This document shows, in pieces, positions 24,108 to 35,600 of a stretch of 64,000 nucleotides of DNA. Position numbers and translations under genes: made by a program. The stretch is taken from assembly GCF_006345805.1 (NCBI RefSeq), contig NC_043007.1, positions 54,498,001-54,562,000 on the forward strand. The letters run 5' to 3'. Within the stretch, counting starts at the first letter, position 1, and each line of letters starts with the position of its first letter. The stretch comes from Octopus sinensis (Eukaryota). The notes beneath the pieces are model-generated. The model worked only from the letters and a program-made list of their open reading frames with translations, had not been told where the DNA came from and did no database searches.

Positions 24108-24972
24108 TATATATATATATATAATATATCATCATCATCATCATCATCGTTTAGCGTCCGCATTCCATGCTAGCATGGGTTGGACGGTTCAACTGGGGTC
24201 TGTGAAGCCAGAAGGCTGCACAGGTGCCAGACAGAGCTGGCAAACGGCCACGAACGGATGGTGCTTTTTATGTGCCACCGGCACGGGGGCCAGGCGAGGC
24301 TGGCAACGGACACGAATGGATGGTGCCAGTCGGGGCGGTGCTGGCAACAGTCACGAATGGATGGTTCTCTTACATGCCACCGGCACTGTTAACACATCTG
24401 CAATTTCCATTGATCGATTTCGATTCTGATCCTCACTTGCCTCAACAGGTCTTCACAAGTAGAGTTTTGTGTCCCAAGAAGGGAAGGTATGCATACGTAG
24501 GCTGGCTCCATCCCATGTAGAAGGCCACAGGTTATGGTCTCACTTGTCCTGCCGGGTCTTCTCGCGCACAGCACACTTCCAGAGGTCTCGGTCTCTAGTC
24601 ATTTCCTCAGTGAGACCTAAAGTTCGAAGGTCGTGCTTCACCACCTCGTCCCAGGTTTTCCTGGGTCTGCCTCTTCCACAGGTTCCCTCAACCGCTAGGG
24701 TGTGGCACTTTTTCACACAACTATCTTCATCCATTCTCACCACATGCCCATACCAGCGCAAACGTCTATCTTGCACACCACAACTGATGCTTCTTAGGTC
24801 CAGCTTTTCTCTCAAGGTACTTACACTCTGCCAAGTATGAGTACTGACATTACACATCCATCGGAGCATACTGGCTTCATTTCTTGCGAGCTTACGCATA
24901 TCCTCAGCAGTCACGGCCATGTTTCACTCCCATGTAGCATGGCTGTTCGTACACACGCATCATACAGTCTGC

Positions 24973-25012
<40 letters not shown>

Positions 25013-25105
25013 TTATATATACATATAATATATATATATAATATTTTTTTTTTATTTTATCTAGTTTCAGCTCATGAGCTGTGGCCATGCTGGGGCATCG
25101 CCATT

Positions 25106-25164
<59 letters not shown>

Positions 25165-26581
25165 CTATATATATATATCATCATCATCATCGTTTAACGT
25201 CCACTTTCCATGCTAGCATGGGTTGGACAATTTTGACTGAGGGCTGGTGAACCAGATGGCTGCACCAGGCTCCAGTCTTGATTTGGCAGAGTTTCTACAG
25301 CTGGATGCCCTTCCTAATGCCAACCACTCCAAGAGTGTAGTGGGTGCTTTTTACGTGCCACCGGCATGGGAGCCAGTCAGACGGTACTGGCAACTACCTC
25401 ACTCGAATCCTTTTATACATGCCACCAGCACAGGTGCCAGAAGGCGACTTTGGTAACAATCACGCTCAAATGGTGCCCTTTATGTGCCCACTGGCACAGA
25501 AGCCAGTTAGCTGCTCTGTGAATAATCACGCTCATATGGTGCTCTTTGCACCCTGCTAGCACGGACGCCAGTCATCGAATTTGATTTTGCTTTTGATTGG
25601 TTGATTGATTTCACTTGCCTCAACTGGTCTTCACAAGCAGAGTTTTAGTGTCCAAAGGAGGAAAAGGTACGCATAAGTGGGCTGGTTACGTCCCTGGCAT
25701 AGGCCATGAGATTATGGTTTCATTTGGCTTGCCTGGTCTTCTCACGCATGGCATATTTCCAAAGGTCTCGGTAACTAGTCATTGCCTTGGTGAGGCCTAA
25801 AGTTCGAAGGTCGTGCTTCACCACTTCAGCGCAGGTCTTCCTGGGTCTACCTCTTCCACAGGTTCTCGCAACTGCTAGGGTGTGGCACTTTTACACACAG
25901 CTATCCTCGTCCATTCTTGCCACATGACCATACCAGCACAGTCATCTCTCTTGCACACCACATCTGATGCTTCTTAGGTCCAACATTTCTCTCAAGGTAC
26001 CTACACTCTGTCGAGTAAGCACACTGACATTACACATCCATCGGATCATACTGGCTTCATTCCTTGCAAGCTTATGCATGTCCTCAGCAAACACAGCCTA
26101 TGTTTCACTGCCATGTAACATGGTTGTTCATACACAAGTGTCATACAGTCTACCTTTTATTCTGAGTGAGAGGCCCTTTGTCGCCAGCAGAGGTAAGAGC
26201 TCTCTCAAATTTGCCCAAGCTATTCTTATTCTAGTAGCTACACTTTCAGTGCACCCACCTACGCTAGACTTGGTGCTCTAGGTAATGGAAGCTATCAACC
26301 ACTTCTAGTTTTTCTCCCTTGAATGTGGCGGAAGTTGTTCTCTGCGCATTTTCAGTGTTTAATGCTCCCGAGCATCTGCCATCTTCTCCGTTAGCCTCCC
26401 TTTGATATTACTGCACCTCTTATGTGTCCATAGCTTACACTGGGTGCATATTATAGAGTTTCTACCTACATCTCTACTACAGATTGAGCGGGGCCATCTA
26501 CCTGAAGGGATTTGTGGTTTGCCTGCCTTGCTACATAATAGGACTTTGGTTTCAGCTATGTCGAATGTATGTATGTATGTA

Positions 26582-26642
<61 letters not shown>

Positions 26643-29600
26643 TATGTATGTATGTATGTATGTATGTATGTATGTATGTATGTATGTATGTATGTATGTA
26701 TGTATGTATTTTTTGGCATGATCTAACAAACTAATACTTATTTATAACTTATTTCATATGTTGGAAATCTAGCACTGCTTGAAGTCCAACATCAAGTGCA
26801 AATATGTGCCGCCTTTCTAGCATAAATCTATTTCTATTAATTATTCTAATAATTTTCTCTACATTGCTCATTTTCTAATCTTAGTTACAATTTTTGATTT
26901 TATCATGAGCCAGTGTAACTAAAGTGCTCTTACAATTCATTTATTATTTACTTAGATTAATACTTATTCTTATTTTAATTCAATCATCAAACATGAAAAA
27001 GAATTGAAAAATTATTTAACAAAAGTATTAAATAAAATGAAAAATTTTTAATGAAGTACAATTATAAATTATTGTCACTATTTATTAGTTTAATTGCATT
27101 GCCTGGGGGTGAAAATGGATTACAATGGAAAATGCGGGCACATGGAGGTTATTATTCTTAAGTTATTACACCAGGAAAAGTACAGGACAAGCATATTTTT
27201 GCTTAAAATATTGCAGCTGTAGTTAAAATTTTAAAATATATTTAGATTTAAAAACTAAAAATAATAGCTTTTATTAGCCACTCTTTGATTAAAAATTAAT
27301 TCAAATAATAAATTTAAGGCTAACTGTTAACAAAAAATAAAAGATTTTTCAATAGCCCCATTAAAAATATTTTTTCAATTACAAGTTCTTAAATACTCCC
27401 ATATCCGTATGGAGTGGGTGTATTAAGGGATTTACTTCCCCTGATATTTCATACCACATAGGCTATATAGCCCCTCACCAAGAAGAATTTTTTATATGGT
27501 ATACTACCCCACCAAGCAAAAAATTTAATTAGGAAGAGTATGCCCTCACCCGCCTCTGGAAAATATCACTGTATCCTCCTCTAAGCCTCAATCCTACCAT
27601 AAAGTTATCAACTGAACTTTCCTTTTTTGAAATTTCCAGAAGACTAGCCTTATGGTGTCTTTATCAATGAATTATAGTGTGCCAATTTTTATCAAAAAGA
27701 TGAGCAAAAAAGGAATTTTAGTAGTTCTTAAACTTGTAATTGAAAAAAAGTTTTTAATGGGTGTACTGAGAAATTTGTTACTTTTTGCTAATAGCCTTAA
27801 ATTTATTTGAGTTGAATTTTTAATTATAGAATAGCTAATAAAAGCTATTATTTTTAGTTTTTAAATCTAAATATATTTTAAAATTTTAACAATAGCGGCA
27901 ATATTTTAAGTATAAATATGCTTGTCCTGTACTCTTCCAGGTGTAATAACTTATCCTGTACTTTAATAACTTAACCCTAACTTTAATAGCTTAAGAATAG
28001 CAACCTCCATGCGTCTGCATTTTTCATTGTATAGTGTGGGCATGAATGAATGTGTATACAGAGTATACTTTGCACTTGTATGTAAAGAAGTAGATTTGGT
28101 AATTTAGGAAGTATAGTTTCAGTACTCTTAATATTTATTCTATTTATGAGAGTTCATTCATTCAATCAGTTCTTGTCAATCAAAACAAAAATAAAGATAG
28201 ATAAATAGATAGGTTCATCACACTCCAGGGGAAGAAACTAGAAGAAGTTGATCATTTCCGCAACCAAGGTGACCAAGTTAGTAGTGGAGGTGGATGCTCA
28301 GAGAGTGTCACCATTAGAATACAAATAGCTTGGGCAAAGTTTACAAAGCTTCTACCCCTACTGGTGACAAAGGGTCTCTCTCACTCAGAGTGAAAGGTAG
28401 ATTGTATGATGCATATGTGTGAACTGCCATGCTTCATGGTAGTGAAACATGCATAGGCTTGAAAGAAATGAAGCTAGGATGATTTGCTGGATGTGTAATG
28501 TCAGTGTGCTCACACAACAGAGTGTAAGAGCCCTGAGAGAAATGCTGGACATAAGAAGCATCAGATGTGGTGTGCAAGAGAGATGTTTGCGCTCGTATGG
28601 TCATGTACTATGGATGGATAAGGAGAGATGTGTGAAGAAGTGCCACTCCCAAACAGTTCAAGGAATCCAGGGTAGATGTAGACCCAGGAAGACATGGGAT
28701 GAGGTGGTCAAGCATGACCTTCGGACGTTGGGCCTCACAGAGGCAATGACGAAAAACCGAGATCTTTGGAGATATGCTGTGACTGCGAAGACCCGACAAA
28801 TAATGTGAGTTCATGGCTGTTTCCTGCACCAGCTTCACATAGCAGCCCCAGCCCATCTAAAGTACCTTGCTGCTCTTACCTTGGATCGTAGGGCAACCTG
28901 CTGTGCTTGAGGAGACCTATTGAGTCAAGTACATCAACATCAAAATAAAAATCAAATGGAAATTGTACTTGTGATACCTGTGCTGGTGGCATGTAAAAAG
29001 CACCATCCGAACGTGGCCGATGCCAGCGCCACCTTGACTGGCTTCTGTGCCAGTGGCACGTAAAAAGCACCAACTGATCATGTCCGCTGCCAGCCTCCCC
29101 TGGCACCTGTGCCGGTGACACATAAAAAGCACCCACTACACTCACAGAGTGGTTGGCGTTAGGAAGGGCATCCAGCTGTAGAAACACTGCCAGATCAGAT
29201 TGGAGCCTGGTGCAGCCTCCTGGCTTCCCAGACCCCGGTCGAACCATCCAACCAATGCTAGCATGGATGAGAGGTAATTTGTCTAATGCATGATTTTTTT
29301 ACACTATAGGAAACTTTGATGCAATAAACTATTTACATTAAGAAGAGAAAATAAACAACAACACTAATTCTACCACCATATTAGATACTACATATCAAGA
29401 AAATTAGAGTTAATACTAAGAAGAGTGGGATGTTTTTCCTTTTACTAGACAATCAATAGAGAAGTAAAATTGTCAGCTCCTCATCCAGACAACTGAGGTA
29501 AGCAAAGTTATGTCTTGTTCAGTGGTTCAATATTATGGATCTAGTATTGTCTGAACTGAAGACCTGCTCCAGTATAACAATAGCCAAGTGACTGAAATTA

Positions 29601-32600
29601 ATACAGGAATGTGGACAGAAATTCTTTGTCATCCAGGCAAACATCCAGCTGATCATACCTGCTACAGTTCTTGCCAATCTTCACACATTCTCTACATCCA
29701 GTGCCCACATCTCACTGCCATACAGCATCATATTTCATACACAAGTACCATGCAATCTACTCTTCTCTTGAAGAAAGAAGCCCTTGTCAGCAGAGGTGAT
29801 GGCTCCCTTAACTTCTTGAAATTTGTTCCTACCCTGGCTATTATGCTTTCAGAACATCCTCCTACACTGTTGGTAAGGGTGTCTAGATAACTTTAATATC
29901 CTGGTATTGGATAAATGATTTAACAAAGCAGGGAAAAAGAAAATATTTATATGACGCACTATGATTACTGTTACACGAGATTAAACACTCTCTGCCAACA
30001 GCTCACTGTGAACTGCACACCCTCAATTGCTCACAGTTCTTTATTTTATAGCAATGAGTCAGTCCACTTTTAGTCATTTGGGTGGATAGTCAGAATCCTT
30101 CCACGCCATCTCTTTTTAGAATTAGTCTCTCCAAATTTTTCCCCTTTTCAGAATTAAACTCTGCTCAGAGTTTTAATATTTCTTACACTTAGTTTCCATT
30201 CTTTTCCATTCTCTGTTGCCAGAACGTATAGTTTCAAATTGTTTGGGCATTGGTACCTTAAATGTGTCATACAATACTTCCATGGGGATTTCATTTCTCA
30301 TGACTTTTTTCCATGAATCTTTTTCAAAATTGGTTAATATGTCTTTTATATTTGACATTTTCCCTTTTATCAGGAATAACATTCTTCCAATTTGTTTAAT
30401 GATTACACTGTCCTCCCAGCTTTCTTTACCGTATCTATAGGTTTTAAAAAAACTTTGTCACCTAACTTGAAGAATTTTTAAGTATTGTTGTTGTTCGCCT
30501 TTTTCTTATTTTCACTCGGTATCAACTTATCAAAATTGGATCTGATCTTTCTAGCAAACATCAGTTCTACAGGTGACATTCTAGATGGGGTATTCGGATT
30601 AGGTGTTATTTGGTATACTCTTAGAAATTATCAGCGATGGCTGAAGCTAGATAAGCTAAGAATTTCTTTTCACTTCTTGACCACCCGTACTACATTCGCC
30701 ACTAACACTAAAAAATGTATTATCTATTTACTAATCTGCTTGTTGTTTCTTTTCGTGAGCTAAGCTGTTGATATTGTCTCCCAAAAATATAATCTTTTCA
30801 TTTTTAGTCCTATCTCGTAATAATTCGTCCCTATGTGCTGATAATTTCTTCTTTCTTTCCTTCTTTCTTCCTTTCTCCATATTACTTTGTCCTTTCTTCG
30901 CTCTCTACGATAATTTGTCCGTTGTCTATGACATTGTTTCTTCAAACCCCGTTTGCCTAATTCTTCTCTTTCCTTACATCTGCCGCTCTCCTGAATCAAA
31001 ACTTCGCCATTCGCGGTGCACCCGCCCTTTCCCACCGCCACCACCAATACCGGATATCTCAATATATTTCTCCATCTATACCGGATATCCCTTCTCCCAC
31101 CACCATTATGGGTGTCTACTCCTCGAACACCTCCTCCTCAATACGCTATTTCGCTATGTATTACCCCTGCTTATCTTCCCCTCCTTCCAGTCCCCTCCCC
31201 CTCTCGTGTTATCCTACGTTTAATTTTGTCTAGAACCTGCCACCACCCCTACCTGTCATCGTTTCTCCTAACACCCCTCCCCACTGGTGCTCCCCTATAT
31301 TACCTGCACTCTCTCCCCCATTTCCTCCTCCACTCTCTCTTCTCCCTGCTGGGACCCCCCACCCCACCCCCAGCCCATCTCTAGAATATCCATGTTTCTG
31401 CTACACTGCTTAAACCACGTTGCTCAATGACCATAATGCTTGCTTAGAATACTACTAACACCTAGAATTTCAGTATTTCTACCACAGAGCTTACATCTAC
31501 ATCATCAATGACCTTAATGCTTATGCTTACAATGCTGCTAACACCAGCCTAAATGCTTGAATGTTGTCAGGTCGGAAGAGAGGTCAGAGGAAAAATGCCT
31601 AAAAAACGATCACCACCACCACAACAACCCTCTTCTTTTCAGGCGCTGAATTGCACCCCTCCTCCCCACATCTCCTTCCCAGTTTTCAGAGTTGGCACTG
31701 TCAATGTTGGTACACTGAAAGGTAGGTCTAGTGAGATTGTAGAGATGCTTGAGAAGACGGGTTGATGTATGCTGCATACAAGAGGTAAGATGGAGAGGTG
31801 CTTCAGCTAGGGTCCTCACAGGCAAGGCACATAGGTATAAAGTCTTCTGGCAAGGTAACATGGATGGGGTAGGGGGTGTAGGCATTCTCCTTGCGGAGAA
31901 ATGGGTGGATAAGGTCATAGAGGTTGTCAGGGTTTGCGATAGAGTGCTTAAGCTCAGGTTAGTCCTACAGAGTGGCACAGCTACGATTATCTTCGCCTAT
32001 GCCCCACATGCGGGGATACCAAATGATCAGAAGGACCACTTTTATGATACCCTTCTACAGGCTACCTCAAAGACTAGTGGCAAGGACCTCATCTTTGTGG
32101 GTGGAGACTTTAATGGGCATGTTGGGCGGGAATCGGGTATCTTCACTGGGGTACACGGTGGCCATGGTATTGGCACCAGAAATGATGAGGGAACTAGACT
32201 ACTGGAATTCTGTGATGCATGTAACCTTTTAATCTGCAACACTAACTTCAGGAAGCCTGACTGCCACCTTATAACTTATCAGTCAGGAGACTCCGCTAGC
32301 CAAATAGACTTCATCCTCATCAGACAGCGGGATGCAAGGTTGCTCTTAAATACAAAGACCCTCCCGGGTGAAGAGTGTATCCCTCAGCATAGGCTAATCA
32401 TTAGTGACTTTAGGCTTGAAACCAAAAGGACTCCAAGAAACGGACCAATCCAGAAAAGGAGGATTTGGAAGCTAAAGAACCCTTCACATGGTCAGAGATT
32501 TAGGGACATCCTCATCAAGAAATTTGATGAGAGGGAGGAGGAGCTACAGATGTCGGACATAGAAGGTAGCTGGAAATTCCTACGGGACAGCTTGCTGAGT

Positions 32601-35600
32601 GCCACAGACCAAGTCTGTGGATGGTGCAAAGTCCCTTCCAGACCTAGAGTTACGTGGTGGTGGAATAGTGCAGTAGACAAAGCCATTAGTGCAAAGAAAC
32701 AGGCCTGGAGAGCCTGGAGGGATGGGGGTAGCAGGGAACCATACCAAGTAGCCAAAAGGGAGGCCGGGCGGCAGGTATACATAGCCAAAGATATAGCAGA
32801 AAAGAAGAAGTTTGCCAATGTCCAGCGACATGAGGACCAAAGAACTGAGGTATTTCGGATTGCTAGACAGTGTGTGAAGAGAAAATAGTGATGTTACAGG
32901 AGAGAAATGTGTCCGCATGGATGATGGGGCACTTGCTTTTAATGTTGGTGAAAAGAAAGAGGCTTGGAGAAGCCATTATGAAAGACTGCTGAATGTGAAG
33001 AATGAATGGGAGGAGGAGAGCCTGCCAAATGTTGACCCAGTAGAGGGACCAGCTATCCAAATAGACAGCTACCTTGTAGTTAAGGCAATTAAGAGTATGA
33101 AACCAGGTAAAGCCCCCGGCCCATTAGGTATCACGGCTGAGATGCTTAAAACAGCTGGTTATGTGGGCTATGGCCTAGTCACCCATATTGTAAACCAGAT
33201 AGTTCATAATGGAGTCATACCCAATGACTGGCGTAGCAGCACCATAGTCAACTGCTACAAGGGCAAGGGTGATGCTCTAGATAGAAATAACTACAGGGGT
33301 ATTAAACTGTTGGATCAGGTGATGAAGGTCACAGAGAGGGTCATAACCCATCTCATTAGGGAGAGAATTTGCTTAGATGAGATGCAGTTCGGTTTTGTGC
33401 CGGGTAGAAGCACCACTGATGCTATATTCCTGGTCTGACAACTGCAAGAGAAGTACCTAGCTAAAGATAAACCCCTCTACATAGCTTTTGTGGACTTGGA
33501 GAAAGCCTTTGACAGGGTTCCCCGATCCCTTATCTGGTGGTCGATGCGGAAACTGGAGATTGACGAATGGCTAATAAGGGCTGTACAGGCTCTGTACATG
33601 CTCTATACAGAGAGGCTGTCAGCAAGGTTAGGATTGGCAATGAATATAGTGAAGAATTCTGGGTAGAAGTAGGTGTACACCAAGGCTCAGCGCTCAGTCC
33701 CCTTTTATTCATCATAGTCCTCCAGGCAATAGCAGAGGAATTCAAAACAGGTTGCCCCTGGGAGTTCCTCTATGCTGATGACCTGGCTCTCATAGCAGAA
33801 TCACTACCGGAACTAGAAAAGAAATTTTGGGTGTGGAAACAAGGGTTAGAATCAAAGGGCCTTAGAGTAAATGTAGCGAAGACCAAAATTATAGTAAGCA
33901 GAAAGGCGAACTCAGCACACACCCCATCGGGCAGGTGGCCCTGCTCGATCTGTAGGAAAGGTGTAGGTAGAAACTCCATAAGATGCACCCAGTGTAAGCT
34001 ATGGACGCATAAGAGGTGCAGCAACATCAAAGGGAAATTAACTGATAAGATAGCTTTCATGTGCGACAGATGCACAGGGACAATAGACACCACAAATACT
34101 CAGAAAACAGATTCCATCACACTCCAGGGGGAGAAACTAGAAGTAGTTGATAGTTTCCGCTACCTGGGTGACCAAGTTAGTAGTGGAGGTGGATGCTCAG
34201 AGAGTGTCACCACTAGAATACGAATAGCCTGGGCAAAGTTTAGAAAGCTCCTACCCCTACTGGCGACAAAGGGTCTCTCACTCAGAGTGAAAGGTAGATT
34301 GTATGATGCATGTATGCGAACTGTCATGCTTCACGGCAGTGAAACATGAGCCGTGACTGCAGAGGACATGCGTAGACTTGAAAGAAATGAAGCTAGCATG
34401 ATCCGCTGGATGTGTAATGTCAGTGTGAATGCACGACAGAGTGTAAGCACCCTGAGAGAAATGCTAGACATAAGAAGCATCAGATGCGGTGTGCAAGAGC
34501 GACGCTTGCGATGGTATGGTCATGTACTGCGGATGGATGAGGAGAGATGTGTGAAGAAGTGCCGCTCCCAAACAGTTGAAGGAATCAGGAGGAGAGGTAG
34601 ACCCAGGAAGACATGGGATGAGGTAGTCAAACATGACCTCAGAGCGTTGGGCCTCACTAAGGCAATGGCGAAGGACCGAGATCTCTGGAGATGTGCTGTG
34701 ACTACAAAGACCCGGGATGCTTCCGGCACCAGTTCCGCATAGCCCCTGCCCATTCAAAGTACCTTGGATCCCAGAACATCTCGCTGTGCTTGAGGAGACC
34801 TGTTGAGTCAAGTGCATGTACATGTACATGAACATCGAAACAAATATCAATGGAAATAGTAGTTATGATACCTGTGCCGGTGGCACATAAAAGTACCATC
34901 CGAACGTGGCCGTTGCCAGGTCCGCCTCGACTGGCTTCTGTGCCGGTGGTACATAAAAAGCACCATCCGAACGTGGCTGATGCCAGCGCTGCCTCGACTG
35001 GCTTCCGATCGTGGCCGATGCCAGACACCCTGGCACCTGTGCAGGTGGCACGTATAAAGCACCCACTACACTCGTGGAGTGGTTGGCGTTAGGAAGTGCA
35101 TCCAATTGTAGAAACACTGCTAGATCAGACGGGAGCCTGGTGCAGCCCCTGGCTTCCCGGACCCCGGTTGAACCGTCCAACCCGTGCTAGCGTGGAAAAC
35201 GGACGTTAAACGATGATGATGATGATGATGATGAAGGTCGTCCATTACTTCATTGTTCACCTTTTACAACACCCTCTTGAAAGTATCAACAAAATGCTCC
35301 ATGTGTCCATTTGACTTAAGATGATACAGCAGAGTGGCCACATGTTTGATATAGAACATTTTACAAAATTTCCTGAACTCATCTGAAGTAAATTGAGTTC
35401 AATTATCAGACACAATGGTATCAGGAATACCATATCTGGTGAGCAATTCATGTAAAAAAAAACTTACTGTAACCACAGATGTCAGCTTTTTACATGTTTG
35501 CACTTCAGGCCACTTTGAAAACTGTCCACCAAAGGTAATATGAACCCTTAAGTGGACCTACATAATCAACATGCAGTCCAGACCATGGAATATCTGTTCT

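Noticed and set aside
26402-26734. Cys/Val/Met/Tyr-rich ORFs (also 43539-43952, 23936-24163, 54407-54653)
   Set aside because: Microsatellite translations.
30768-31384. ORF1 in the family B RTE leader
   Set aside because: Low-complexity Pro/Leu/Ser/Phe frames that are not preserved in the second copy at 47950-49190.
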